Source: an uncultured delta proteobacterium
GTDB taxonomy: Bacteria; Desulfobacterota; Binatia; HRBIN30; BPIQ01
DNA: 64,000 nt
Direction: 5' to 3'
NCBI GenBank assembly: GCA_963761335.1
Contig: CAVXGR010000012.1
Location: forward strand, 32,001 to 96,000
Shown here piece after piece: positions 19,164 through 29,666 of this stretch. The notes under the pieces were generated by a model. That model worked only from the letters and a program-made list of their open reading frames with translations. It had not been told where the DNA came from and did not search any database. Within the stretch, counting starts at the first letter, position 1. Each line of letters begins with the position of its first letter. The translations under genes were made by a program, and so were the position numbers.

Positions 19164-19868
19164 TCAGCCCGAAAACCCACAACTCGGCGCGGCGGAGAAC
19201 ATCCGTGCCGCCGCGATGAGGGAGGCGGTCTCGTTACTGAGAAGGGATTCGAATGATGGTGAAGTCGTTCGACGGCCGGCGCGATGGGAGCCGAGGAGAT
19301 CGGCAGCGACGATATCGAGCGATTGAGAGGCGGGAGCTACGGCTGAACCATGCTTTGATGCATGGGCCCGAGGGGGTCCCCGCTCGGGGTGCGCGAGGTA
19401 CTGCCCTCTTTTGTCGGGCACGGCGAACACAGGGATGCCATGAGACTGCGCCAAGTGCGCGTGATCGATCGGTCTCTGTCGCGGCGGCTCCCGCCGGCGC
19501 GGCTTCTTCACCGCGCGTACGCTGTGCCCCACGGCGCTTGCCAGGACGCTTGCCCGCCGTTTGGACCTTTTTCTGCTGGTAGCGTTCCTGGGGTGGCCGC
19601 TGGCTGCGCTGCGGGGAGATCCGGCGCGACGGAGAATCGGCGCATCTCGGTGCGCCCTCGGTCCTGGTGCTTGCGGCGATTCCACGACAGGCTTGAGTGC
19701 CACGGCTCGCGCGGGCACTGCCCACCCCAGGCCCCCCAGCAGCATGCACGCCGCCGCAAGAATAGCGACAGCGCCACGCCGCGCCCCTCGGCGCAGCGCT
19801 GCGGAACATCTTCCGACCTCACCGCCTCGTCCGTCCTGGAATAGACTGCCGTGTACCTGAACCTGCAT
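19164..19868 (-). CDS. Hypothetical basic protein with possible signal peptide
   Basis: GAVAILAAACMLLGGLGWAVPARA; the rest is low-complexity. Confidence 0.35.
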   Translation of the reverse strand: MQVQVHGSLFQDGRGGEVGRCSAALRRGARRGAVAILAAACMLLGGLGWAVPARAVALKPVVESPQAPGPRAHRDAPILRRAGSPRSAASGHPRNATSRKRSKRRASVLASAVGHSVRAVKKPRRREPPRQRPIDHAHLAQSHGIPVFAVPDKRGQYLAHPERGPPRAHASKHGSAVAPASQSLDIVAADLLGSHRAGRRTTSPSFESLLSNETASLIAAARMFSAAPSCGFSG

Positions 19869-19972
19869 CCTTGAACTGACAACCGAAAATTGATTCAGGC
19901 CCGGGGTTATCAGAAAACTCTTGGCGCGTGCAATAAGGGATTTCCCCTAGTTTCGCGCGTAGCGATCAGCTG

Positions 19973-21154
19973 TCATTTCGAGCCCGCTGTTTCATCCCGT
20001 TCCCGCCGGCGATCGAGAGCCCGCCGGCGGCGGTAGCATTCGGGGTTCTCGGATTTTCCACAGAACTGCTTCGTTCGCCGGGCCGCCTCGAGAACCCGGC
20101 CGCAGAGGCCGCATGCGCGTCGCGCGCCGGTCTGCTCCAGGCGGTCGATGAGGAGCGCCCAAAAAAGGCCGACCGGCCCCCAGACGCGGCGAATAGGGAC
20201 CGACTCGGTCATGGCGCGGTGCCACGCCTCGGACCCACGCAGGTCGGCGTGAACCCGGGCATCGACGAGCCCGAGGGACGCTGCGCGGTTGATCACCTCT
20301 TGCACCTCGCGAAGCTCTCCCAGTGTGGGCATGTACCAGGACAGCGCCCGCGTCGTCACTCCCTCGGTGAAATAGGGCGCTGCCAGGGTCCTGGCCCATT
20401 GCAGAGCAGCGGTAGGATCAGTGGCACTGCGCTGCACTATGCCGTTCATCTTGGCCCAGTTGTGCATGGCGTCGAGGGATACTCCTGTTGGGAAGATGCC
20501 GGCGAGGAGTCCACGCGCCACGAGCGTCGCCGCGGGCCGGAAGAACGTTCCGTCTTGATTCGTCACGACTGGCTGCCCGTCCGGGAGCTGCCCGAACTGG
20601 AGCGGACCGTAAGTCTGTTGCCAGAATTCCGATATCTCCACTTCCGGGAACACCGGTCGTGGCGAACCTGCGGGCAGAGTTGGAATCCCTTCCTTGGGGT
20701 CAATGGGTAGGACTGGAGCAGTGAAGGACACCTGACGATACGGGATCTGATTCTCCTTCAGTGCGGCCTGGTCGAACAGGTCCGGCATCGCGATTTCCAG
20801 CCGGGGTGGCTCCTGCCAGCCTATCGTCTCTTCGGTGGGCCAGTTGAGCCAGGCGTCGAGGAGGCCGTCGACCCGCGCTCCCGGGAAGCGGTCGGCGTCT
20901 AGACCGTACACGAATCCGTTCTCGCCGATGTGGAAGATGTCGAGGTAGTTCCACTCTTCTCCGGCGATTGCGCGGTAATGAACCTGGTGGCCGTCCGCCT
21001 CCTCCCCCCACCTGAGCTCCTTCGGTAGACCGGGCATCACCCAGATCCGATGGGTTGAGGCCCAAGCCTCGAACGCCCTCGCCATATCCCGCGCGACCGC
21101 CGGAAATGCCGGACTGCGCGGGAAAAGCGGCAACCACAGCTGCAATGGCCGCAT
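19973..21154 (-). CDS. Hypothetical protein with C-terminal CGNR-like zinc finger
   Basis: CGLCGRVLEAARRTKQFCGKSENPECYRRRRA; GGAGGAGG RBS before ATG 21154. Confidence 0.75.
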   Translation of the reverse strand: MRPLQLWLPLFPRSPAFPAVARDMARAFEAWASTHRIWVMPGLPKELRWGEEADGHQVHYRAIAGEEWNYLDIFHIGENGFVYGLDADRFPGARVDGLLDAWLNWPTEETIGWQEPPRLEIAMPDLFDQAALKENQIPYRQVSFTAPVLPIDPKEGIPTLPAGSPRPVFPEVEISEFWQQTYGPLQFGQLPDGQPVVTNQDGTFFRPAATLVARGLLAGIFPTGVSLDAMHNWAKMNGIVQRSATDPTAALQWARTLAAPYFTEGVTTRALSWYMPTLGELREVQEVINRAASLGLVDARVHADLRGSEAWHRAMTESVPIRRVWGPVGLFWALLIDRLEQTGARRACGLCGRVLEAARRTKQFCGKSENPECYRRRRALDRRRERDETAGSK

Positions 21155-21171
21155 ATCCCAACCCCTCCTCC

Positions 21172-21205
21172 GTCGCACGTAGTGTCGCACGTATGGTCGC
21201 ATAAT
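21172..21205. promoter_or_regulatory. Three 12-bp-phased GTCGCA(C/T) direct repeats in a divergent promoter region
   Basis: GTCGCACGTA at 21172 and 21184, GTCGCATAAT at 21196. Confidence 0.55.
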
Positions 21206-21260
21206 CGCAAGCTGCAGGGAAAGGCTCAGGATGGCGGCCAGCAATTTTGGAGGAGGGCAA

Positions 21261-21524
21261 ATGGCTCTGATCAAGGCGAAAGAAGCGGCTATGGCACTGG
21301 CAACAACCCCGCAGAGAGTCTACGAGCTCGTGCGAACTGGGGTCATCCCGCCGGGGGTCGCGGTCCGCCTCGGCCGGCAGGTCCGGTTCGACGACGCCGC
21401 CCTGGCCGAGTGGATCCGGAAGGGCGGCCAGGCGTTGCCAGGGGGCTGGCGCCACGAGGTGACGGCGCCTCCGCCGCCCTCGCGATCGTCGCTGGCGGTG
21501 TTCGGTAAGCGCTATGGCCGCTGA
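21261..21524 (+). CDS. Excisionase-like HTH DNA-binding protein
   Basis: LIKAKEAAMALATTPQRVYELVRTGVIP..VRLGRQVRFDDAALAEWI; GGAGGAGG RBS. Confidence 0.85.
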   Translation: MALIKAKEAAMALATTPQRVYELVRTGVIPPGVAVRLGRQVRFDDAALAEWIRKGGQALPGGWRHEVTAPPPPSRSSLAVFGKRYGR

Positions 21525-21720
21525 TTCCGAGATCCCCGCTCCGGCTGACGGAGGCGACGCTGTCTCTGCAACACCGGGCATCCAAGCTCTCGACGTCGAT
21601 GCCTCTCTTGCCGCTCTCGCCGACGTTCTCAGGATTCTTCGCGAATTGCGTGCACGTACAGCGAGCCGGCAGAGCACGTCAAGACTCAGCTCGGCGCCGC
21701 AAGAGGGCACCGGCAGCTGA
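21514..21720 (+). CDS. Small hypothetical protein coupled to the excisionase-like gene
   Basis: Overlaps the xis-like stop; amphipathic helix LAALADVLRILRELR. Confidence 0.45.
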   Translation: MAADSEIPAPADGGDAVSATPGIQALDVDASLAALADVLRILRELRARTASRQSTSRLSSAPQEGTGS

Positions 21721-21955
21721 AGACTTGGGCGGCGTCTCGAGTTGCCTGTACTGTCGCAAACGCGGGTGTGAAATAGATCGGTACATCTTGATGCAATCTA
21801 AATGATGGATCACGATTCATGCTACAACTGCAGCATGACACGCATAGAGGATTCGGCTTCGCCGGAGCGCGCCGCAACCGTGAGATGGCTCGGGGAGCAC
21901 CTGGTTCGTCTCGCCATCAGAGTGCTGGCGGAGCGCAAGAAGAAGGAGGAAGAGG

Positions 21956-23734
21956 ATGGATCTGCGAGGTTTGATAACGGAGGAGCATCTGGCGCGCCTG
22001 GCGCTGATTTACCTGCGCCAGAGTACGGAAGTCCAGGTCCGAAACAACCAGGGTAGCACCGACCATCAGCGCAGCCAGGTCGATGTAGCCCGCTCGAAGG
22101 GGTGGCCAGCGGAGAGCATCGTCGTCATCGACGAGGATCTCGGCAGGAGCGGCACCTCGGCAGAGCACCGCCCGGGGTTCCGCCGGATGTTGGACCTGGT
22201 GAAGAGCGGCGTCGTCGGGGCAATCTTTGCCGCTGATTTCAGCCGCCTCGCTCGTAATGCGCGAGACGGCGCCGAGCTGGTGGAGGAATGCTCGATCTAC
22301 GAGGTGCTGTTCGTAATCGACGAGCAGATATACGACCCGACCGACTCCGGTGGCAGGCTCATAAGCAACATGATGCTTTCGGTCTCTGAGTTTCAGGGGG
22401 ACGGGATCAGGGCGACGATGTTCTATGGGCGCCTGGCGAAGGCGCGGAAGGGCGTCACCGTGTCGACGCCGCCGGTGGGATATGTTTCCCAGGGTGGGGC
22501 GTGGCTGTTGGATCCGGACCCGAAGGTCCGCGAGACCGTCCGGCTGGTCTTCCAGCTCTATCTCGAGCTGGGCTCGATCGGAAAGGTTCTCAAGCATCTT
22601 CGCTCAACCGGCACTCGGCTGCCCCGGCGAGACAAGCACATCGTCCGCTGGATCGAGCCGGAGTCATCGGACATCGCGTTCATGCTCCGCAATCGTGCCT
22701 ATGTCGGCGACTACGTTTTCCGAAAGAGAAGGACCGACAAGAAGCTCGGCCGATCGGGCAATGGTCGTTGGAAGGACAGGCCGGCGAAGCCTGCAGAGAT
22801 GGTGTTGAAGATGGACCTCCACGAACCCTACGTGACGCGCGAGGAGTACGATCGGGTCCAGCAGTTCTTGGACCGCAACGCGCCGCGTAGGACCGGCCGG
22901 GTAGGGCGGGGGCCCGCTCTGCTTCAAGGTGTCATCCGGTGCGGTCTCCACGACGGCGCGATGGTGCCGCGATATCGAACGTCCCCCAGAGGAGGTCATT
23001 CATATGCCTGCATGGGCGAGCGCTGGGCCGGGGGCCCTGGTTGCAAGACGGTCACCGCGCACCAACTCGACGATGCAGTGGTCGAGGCCGTCCGCGCGCG
23101 CCTTCAGCCGCCTGAGATCGAAATCGTCCGCGACCTGTGGCGAGCCGCGATGGACGACCACGTGGAGGCGCAGCGCCGCCACGAGCTGGAGCTGCGGCAC
23201 TGTCGCAGGCGGGAGGCAGACCTGCGCGCCCGGTATATGGCCGTAGATCCCGCAAACCGCCAGGTCGCGGCAGAGCTGGAGAGAGAATTCGAAAGCGCCA
23301 AGCGGGAGACCGCCCGGCTGGAAGCCCAAGGCCCGTCGATCCGCCGCCGGCCGGACTTCTCAGAAGACGACTTCACCGAGCTGCTCGAACTCTGCAACGA
23401 CCTGAACGGCCTCTGGAACGCCCCGACTACCGACTCACGCGACAGAAAGGAAATTATTCACGCGCTCGTCAAGGCGGTGATCATCGAGCCTTTCGGAGAA
23501 GCCGTCCGCGGCCGAATCGTCTGGAAAGATGGGGCGCCGGATCAGCCGATCGAGGTGCCGCTGACGCGTATGAAACACAGAATCCTGATGGAGCTCCGGG
23601 AGCAGGGGCTTTCGTACGCCGCTACCGCGGACCGCTTGAATGATCTGGGCCTGCACACCCTGAAGGGCACCCTCTGGACAAGCAAGACCGTCTATTTGGC
23701 CGCGCGAACGATTCGACTACGCCAGAAAAGCTGA
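21956..23734 (+). CDS. Large serine recombinase (resolvase + recombinase + Zn ribbon + coiled coil)
   Basis: IYLRQST catalytic motif, SGT..RPGF, SRLARN, LLQGVIRCGLH..YAC..C. Confidence 0.93.
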   Translation: MDLRGLITEEHLARLALIYLRQSTEVQVRNNQGSTDHQRSQVDVARSKGWPAESIVVIDEDLGRSGTSAEHRPGFRRMLDLVKSGVVGAIFAADFSRLARNARDGAELVEECSIYEVLFVIDEQIYDPTDSGGRLISNMMLSVSEFQGDGIRATMFYGRLAKARKGVTVSTPPVGYVSQGGAWLLDPDPKVRETVRLVFQLYLELGSIGKVLKHLRSTGTRLPRRDKHIVRWIEPESSDIAFMLRNRAYVGDYVFRKRRTDKKLGRSGNGRWKDRPAKPAEMVLKMDLHEPYVTREEYDRVQQFLDRNAPRRTGRVGRGPALLQGVIRCGLHDGAMVPRYRTSPRGGHSYACMGERWAGGPGCKTVTAHQLDDAVVEAVRARLQPPEIEIVRDLWRAAMDDHVEAQRRHELELRHCRRREADLRARYMAVDPANRQVAAELEREFESAKRETARLEAQGPSIRRRPDFSEDDFTELLELCNDLNGLWNAPTTDSRDRKEIIHALVKAVIIEPFGEAVRGRIVWKDGAPDQPIEVPLTRMKHRILMELREQGLSYAATADRLNDLGLHTLKGTLWTSKTVYLAARTIRLRQKS

Positions 23735-23739
23735 AGTTC

Positions 23740-24581
23740 GCTCATTGCTAAATCCCGCTCCAGGATCTCCACAGCCATCGCTAACTTTTTCTGGCCGATG
23801 CCCGTGAAGGCGTCAAGACGATGCTGTAACGTTGGACTCTTCAGCGGCGATGCGCGTCGCGTCGAAGTGTCCGAGTCGGTCGCGCAACCGGAGTGGCGCG
23901 AGCCAGGCGCGTTCGGCCGGCACGCCCTGGTCGAAAAGCACACCGAGGACAAATGCAAATGGGTTGTCGCGCAGCAGCTCGTTCGCTTCCCGGGTTCGAA
24001 GTGAAATCAAGGCTCGGTGCACGTGGATCTTCCTCGTGGCCGCGACCGTACTTGAGGAGAGCGTTGACCACCGCCAGGCAGGAGTCCTCGGAAGGCAAGG
24101 GGGGCGGCGCCGGCGCCGGGCCCACGGCGCTGACCGGTGGCAGCGAGGCACGCGCGCGGGTGCGATAGCAATCGGGCCCGCGCGGCGCGCGGATGAGCGC
24201 GTGGCGCGTCAACCCGTTTATGTCGTCCTCGCGCAGCTTCACTGCCAGACTCCGCGGGGAATAGGGGCCGGCAGCCTCATCGCCCATGACGACGATTGTG
24301 GAAGGGACGTCGCCGGGTCGGAGGTGACGCTTGGTCACCTTGAGCAAGCTCAGCAGGCTGACGGACTGTTCGAAGTCATCGGCGCCGACGCCCTCAACGG
24401 TTGGCGCGCCCTCGACCCAGGTTACGGATCGTGCTCGCAGCCGCCCGTACGCGGTTCGCCGGCGGATGCCGTGACGGACGTGGACATTGATCCCGTCCAC
24501 TTCGGCCGTGGCAATCCAGCCGCGATGGAATCGCTCGAGTTGCTCCGGCCAACCCCAGGAGAACGGCCCGATGGCAGACAT
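23740..24581 (-). pseudogene. HhH-GPD DNA glycosylase-like gene, frameshifted, internally deleted and truncated
   Basis: Pieces in three frames: N-terminal domain; EANELLRDNPFAFVLGVLFDQGVPAERAW..LGHFD; HhH motif FTGIGQKKLAMAVEILERDL. Confidence 0.7.
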
Positions 24582-24679
24582 CCTGATTAGTCGAATCGAT
24601 GGTGTCTCCGCGCCTCCCATGGCTGCGCGAGGATAGCAAATTTGCGGACGAGTAGGATGCGCCCGGCAAGGGCACCCCA

Positions 24680-24907
24680 TCAGTGGCGGCGACGGTTTGT
24701 CTCAAAAGCCGACGAGAGAAACGTAGGCCGCTTTCGCTTCTTTGGCGGCCGGCATCGGTGAGGCTTGTAGGTTCCCGCGTCATAGGGTCTCCACCCCAGA
24801 TGGGTTTCCAACAGCTCGATCCTGTTGCCGCACTCCCTGCATGTTTTCGGATGCGATACCCGGCGTGCGCGTTTGTCGCTGCGGTTCGTGGGTAGTGGCC
24901 TGCTCAT
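24680..24907 (-). CDS. Small putative Zn-binding protein
   Basis: CRECG..W.PYD..PHRC. Confidence 0.45.
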   Translation of the reverse strand: MSRPLPTNRSDKRARRVSHPKTCRECGNRIELLETHLGWRPYDAGTYKPHRCRPPKKRKRPTFLSSAFETNRRRH

Positions 24908-25024
24908 CGCTGATCTGAACCCTCGATGGACCGATGGACAGACCTATACGAACGGTCACGGCTGACGTCAATTGGGATTTCCCCCAACGAGCACTAGTGG
25001 CCGATCGTTCAGTGGATTTCTAAC

Positions 25025-25116
25025 GTCGTCGAGGAACTCCGACGCTGGCCCGATGTCGGTGACCAGGAGGCGGCCCCGGGGCGCGCGTGCAGGCGACTTA
25101 GAGGAGATGGCGCTCG
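25025..25116 (-). repeat. Degenerate copy of the 3' end of the UvrD-like helicase gene (29685-29775)
   Basis: Manual alignment: about 13 differences in 92 nt, first 21 nt identical; encodes ERHLL*VACTRA/RGRLLVTDIGPASEFLDD. Confidence 0.85.
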
Positions 25117-25431
25117 CGACCTCGTCGGTAGGGCTCACAGGCGCTCGCCGAGGAGGCGCGACCCGCTGTTGGGGGCGGGGGTGGCGCGGGCCCTTCGATG
25201 GAGGCGGGCGTCGCGGTGGGTGGGGCTCCGTCGCCTCGGAGTCGGTGGACACCTCCGCACAACTGGTCGGTTTTGTCCCGAGCCGCGGGCGCCGCGAACC
25301 GCACCTCGATTCCGACCTCTTTCACGTAGCCGCTGGCCGTCTCCTCTCCCGGCGGATCCCCGTCGGGCCGGGCAGCGCATATCGCCTCCAGGGCTGATGT
25401 CGACGCCCAGATCGAGACGGCTAATCCGCGG

Positions 25432-26931
25432 CTAATCTCGCTGCTTCGCCTTGAATCGCGTGTTGCCGTTTTGCAGGAAATCCGAGAGGACATAGCCTGC
25501 CTCCCAGCATACGTCAGTCTCGTCATTCACCAACTGGACCAGGACCGGCGGATTGTAGGGCAGCATCGGATCGGGCATGTTCTGCCCCTGGCTCTTGAAC
25601 ACGATCTTCGCCTTGTCGAGATCGTGGCCTCTCAGCACGATTCGGGTCGTGCCCTCGTTGCCGCCGGAGCGATCTACGTAGCGATAGCCGCGGCGTGGGA
25701 TCAATCGCCAGCAGTCGTGCGCTCCGCACGTCCCGGCCGGCGGCACCTCCAAGGCGGCTCGCCGTCCGTTCGAGTCGTAGACGCAGAGAGCGTAGCGGGT
25801 CTGGGCAATGGGATTGCCGAAATCGTCCTGTGTGGTCGTTGCTCCCCGCGTCCACCTCCAGATGAGCCGGTTTCGGGCTGAGTTGTCGTCGGTGCGGACG
25901 AGAAGCGTGGATCTACCTGCCGTCCTGCAGCCTGTCCGCGGGATTTCCGGGCACAGGGGTGTGGAAGTCGGTGTCGGAGACGGCGTGCTCGGCGTAGAGG
26001 ACTCGGTCGGGTTTGCTGTCGGAGTTGGGGTCGGGGAACTGCTGGGGGTAGGCGTGAGGGTGTTGCAGACCATACCCATCTGCGCCCCCTCTGTCGCAGT
26101 CTGCATGAAGCTCCCGTCGACGGTGAATCCGGCGGCAGCGACGCCCAGCCCAAGTGTCGCACCACAGGTCGCGGTAAATACGATCGTTTGGCAGGTTGCC
26201 GGGTTCGAGCAATTGCCCTGGAGCAAGAAGCCGTCGGGTCGGCTGGGCTGTGAGGTCGGGTTGCCGACACGCGTACCCGAGGTGTCGTCGAGGGTAACCG
26301 ACTGGTTGCCGACCTCGCCCGTATTCGGGTCCGAGAGAGTTGTCCCGCCGCCGCCAATTGGAAAGGACATTGCATTCCCGGCGCAGGTCACCGGATTGCC
26401 GAACGCGGTGATCGTGCGTGCAGCGGCAATATCGGCGCCGGGTGGCACTGCACTCGGGTCGGTGGCGTAGTTGGCGTCGCCTATCGTCACCGGCAACAGC
26501 GGTTCGGTGCTTGTGCTCGGATCGGCGCTGACGACGCCGACAGCTCCTGGGAGGATGAGTGCTCCCTCGCCGCCGCCCGCATGGGGGTCAAAGTTTGTTG
26601 CGCAGGAGATGGTGTTGCTGGGCAGGCCCGATATCACCTGGGTGCGCATCCGGTTGGAAAGAAGGACACCCGGACCGGCAGCGTATGCCGTGAGCACAGA
26701 GCCGACCGGCCCGATTTCTGAGAGACTGCAAGAGGAGTTGGCGCTCATGGCGACGCTGGTCACCATCGTACCGATATTCCCCGACCCAGTGGTGATGATC
26801 ACATAGACGTGGTTGTCGGTGGATATGCACCGCTCGGTCGTTAATGCCCGCAGCGGGCTCGCGGTCGCGACCAACGCGAGCAGAGTTGTAATGGCCAACC
26901 CCGCGGCGTTTCGGTTGTGGGCTCTCGACAT
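25432..26931 (-). CDS. Secreted protein: Cys-containing N-domain, Pro/Thr linker, conserved C-terminal domain (copy B)
   Basis: GAGGAGGAGG RBS, signal peptide, TPTP linker, C-terminal DFGNP..YALCVYD..CW..FKAK. Confidence 0.88.
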   Translation of the reverse strand: MSRAHNRNAAGLAITTLLALVATASPLRALTTERCISTDNHVYVIITTGSGNIGTMVTSVAMSANSSCSLSEIGPVGSVLTAYAAGPGVLLSNRMRTQVISGLPSNTISCATNFDPHAGGGEGALILPGAVGVVSADPSTSTEPLLPVTIGDANYATDPSAVPPGADIAAARTITAFGNPVTCAGNAMSFPIGGGGTTLSDPNTGEVGNQSVTLDDTSGTRVGNPTSQPSRPDGFLLQGNCSNPATCQTIVFTATCGATLGLGVAAAGFTVDGSFMQTATEGAQMGMVCNTLTPTPSSSPTPTPTANPTESSTPSTPSPTPTSTPLCPEIPRTGCRTAGRSTLLVRTDDNSARNRLIWRWTRGATTTQDDFGNPIAQTRYALCVYDSNGRRAALEVPPAGTCGAHDCWRLIPRRGYRYVDRSGGNEGTTRIVLRGHDLDKAKIVFKSQGQNMPDPMLPYNPPVLVQLVNDETDVCWEAGYVLSDFLQNGNTRFKAKQRD

Positions 26932-26953
26932 GGAGAGAGTCCTCCTCCTCAGC

Positions 26954-28532
26954 TCAGTTCCGCTGTTTCGCTTTGAAGCGCGTGCTTCCGTTCTGCAGGA
27001 AGTCCGAGAGGGCATACTCGGCCTGCCAGCACACCGGCGTTTCGTCATTCACCATTTGGACCTGCACGGGCGGATTGTACGGCAGCATGGGGTCAGGCAT
27101 GTTCGCTCCCTGGCTCTTGAACACGACCTTCGCCTTGTCCAGGTCGTGCCCTCTGAGCAGGATGCGCGTCGTGCCGTCATTGCTGCCGGCGCGATCCACA
27201 TACCGATAGCCGCGGCGTGGGATCAGTCGCCAGCAGTCGCGGACATCACACGTCCCGGCCGGCGGCACGTCTACGGCCACCCGCCGCCCGTTGGAGTCGT
27301 AGACGCAGAGTGCATATCTGGTCTGCGCAACCGGATTGCCGAAGTCGTCCTGGCTGGTTGCAGCTCCGCGCGTCCACCTCCACGTCAGGCGGTTCCGGGA
27401 CGAGTTGTCATCGGTGCGGACAAAGAACGTGGATCTGGCGGCGGTCCGACAGTCGGATCGTGGCGTCTGCGGGCACAGTGACGCCGGCGTCAGCGTGGGC
27501 GTGGGAGTCGCCGGTGTAGCAGTCTGAGTTGATGGCGGCGTGGTCGTCTGGCTCGGGGTGGCGGTGGGAGTATTCGTAGGCGTGCGCGTTGCCGTTGATA
27601 CCGGCTGCGTCTGGGTAGGCGTGCTGGTTGGCGTTCGGGTATTGCAGACCTGGTTCTGCTCGCTCCCTCGGTCGTCATCTCATTGAAACTCCGTCTACAG
27701 TGAACCCGGCTGCGGAAGTGCCAAAGTTGGCAAACCCGTCGCAAGTTGCGGTGAACACAATCACCTGGCAGGTCGCGGGGCTTGAGCAGTTGCCCTGGAG
27801 CAGGAACCCGTCTGGGCGATCGGGCTGCGAGGTCGGATGACCGACGCGCGTGCCGCTCGTGTCGTCCAAGGTGACGGATTGGTTGCTGACCTCACCCGTG
27901 TTCGGGTCCGAGAAGGTGGTTCCGACACCGCCGATGGGAAAGACCATGGTGTTGCCGCTGCAGCTGATGGGGTTGCCGAATTGCGTAATGGTCCGGGAGT
28001 TGGAGACGTCCATCGCCGGCGGAACGGCGCTGGGATCGGTGGAGAAGTTGGGATCCGCGGTGGTTGTCGACACCAATGGATGAGTGGTGATGTTCGGATC
28101 GGCGCTGACGATTCCGGCGCCACCTGGAAGCGTCAGAGCGCCCGTCCCCCCTGCGGCGGCGGGATTGAAGTTGACGGCGCAAGAGATCGTGTTGGTGGAC
28201 AGACCGGAGATGACTTCTGTGCGTGCACGATTTGGCAGAAGCGGCCCCGAACCGGCGGCATAGGCGGTCAGCACTGAACCGATGGGCCCGATTTCGGAGA
28301 GACTGCAGGGGCTGCTGCCGATGAGTCCGACACTGGTTACCATGGTGCCAATATTTCCGGTACCGGTCGTAATGATCATGTAGACGGTATTGTTCGATGA
28401 GACGCAGCGCTCGACGGTCAGTGCCGAGGTCCGCGTCGTCGCCAGGGGCCCCAGTACGAGCAGGGGTACGAGCCCGAGAAGGTACGCTATCCGGGCATGG
28501 GTGTTCCGTCGTCGGTCCTTGAATCCTTTCAT
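26954..28532 (-). pseudogene. Tandem paralogue (copy A) of the 25432-26931 gene with two frameshifts near 27660-27695
   Basis: N-domain ORF 27675-28532 and the linker/C-domain frame align with copy B; adding one base at each of two sites restores VDG-SFNEMTTEGA-EQNQVCNT. May be sequencing error. Confidence 0.8.
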
Positions 28533-28864
28533 TCGAAGCAGTCCCCCGTAGACATCGCCCGCGCCAGACCAGGGCGCGATGGCAGGCGTCTCTTCATCTT
28601 GCCCAGGCCGCCGGTCCGGACATTCACCGCTGCGTCGCGGCACTTACGCAGCGAGCTCTGCTGGGCTTGTAGACCAGGCGATCGCGGAACTTCAAGCAAA
28701 ATCCTCCTCCGCCGCTGCCGGGCGGGGAACGAGGTACCCGATCCGAGATTCCGCATTTGGTCCATGTTGCCTGCCCGCGGGTGACGCTCGCCATCCTGGC
28801 GGCCAGCACTCAATGTTGCGGCCTACGTCAAGGTCTCGAGCCTGGCCGAAAAACTGGCCGGCTC

Positions 28865-29659
28865 TCAGGTGTCCGTCAACGGCCGGCTCTGGGTGGAGGT
28901 GCCCCCGAGATGCGGGTTCCGGAAATTTCGTCCGGAGAGGTTCCAGGTGGCGATCAAGAATATCGCGATCGCACCTGCCAGATTGACGGCAAGCTCGGCG
29001 TGACGCGGAGCGGGTCGGACGGGTGCGCGCCCTTTGCCGTGAGCATCCGAAAGCCTATTGCGGAGAGATCCTAGGCCTTCGACCACTGCGGTGCAGCCGC
29101 CCAGGACCTGCTTGAAAATCTGCTGCGTATGTTGGCTCGGCGCTAGGTTGAGAGCCTCGGCAGTAGCCTTGTAGAGCTTCGGGAGATCGGCGGAGTCATC
29201 ATACGGCACTTCGAGGTCTTCGAGAATGTGCTTACAGACGGTCTCGACCAACGTGCGGGCCGTCGTGATTGCACCCTCTGGATCGGTTGTCCGGCGCTCC
29301 AGGGCCTTGCGCCAGACGGAGTTGACATGAGCAGCATCAAATTGCTCAAGCACCGCGGAGACAGGCTCGTCGGACGGATGCTGTCCGCCGGCTTCCAAGC
29401 TTTCAAGAAGAGGCCGAAACTGTTCCCAAATAAATTGCCGACGCTCTGCATATCTAGGAAACTTGCTCTTGATGAACTGCCAGAACTGCGAGAGTGAACG
29501 GCACGTGCGAATGAAGCTGGGAAGCAGGGGCTTCAGTGCTGGGTCTGAGAAAAACATTTTGCGCAGGCGTTGGTACTCGCGTTCTTCTTCGGAGCCAGTG
29601 GTGGCGTGCGAAACGAGGAGGTTCTGTAGACTCTCCGCGTCCTCGAGCAGTTGGTTCAT
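28865..29659 (-). CDS. Abortive infection family protein (Abi_C domain)
   Basis: DPEGAITTARTLVETVCKHIL..KLYK..LGSLRNRLSDAHG (RxxxxxAH motif); ATG 29659 just after the helicase stop. Confidence 0.85.
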   Translation of the reverse strand: MNQLLEDAESLQNLLVSHATTGSEEEREYQRLRKMFFSDPALKPLLPSFIRTCRSLSQFWQFIKSKFPRYAERRQFIWEQFRPLLESLEAGGQHPSDEPVSAVLEQFDAAHVNSVWRKALERRTTDPEGAITTARTLVETVCKHILEDLEVPYDDSADLPKLYKATAEALNLAPSQHTQQIFKQVLGGCTAVVEGLGSLRNRLSDAHGKGRAPVRPAPRHAELAVNLAGAIAIFLIATWNLSGRNFRNPHLGGTSTQSRPLTDT

Positions 29660-29666
29660 CGCCGCA

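Noticed and set aside
19899..19907. GCCCGGGGT matching the tRNA-Arg 3' region as a possible att duplicate
   Set aside because: Only 9 bp in high-GC DNA, so expected by chance.
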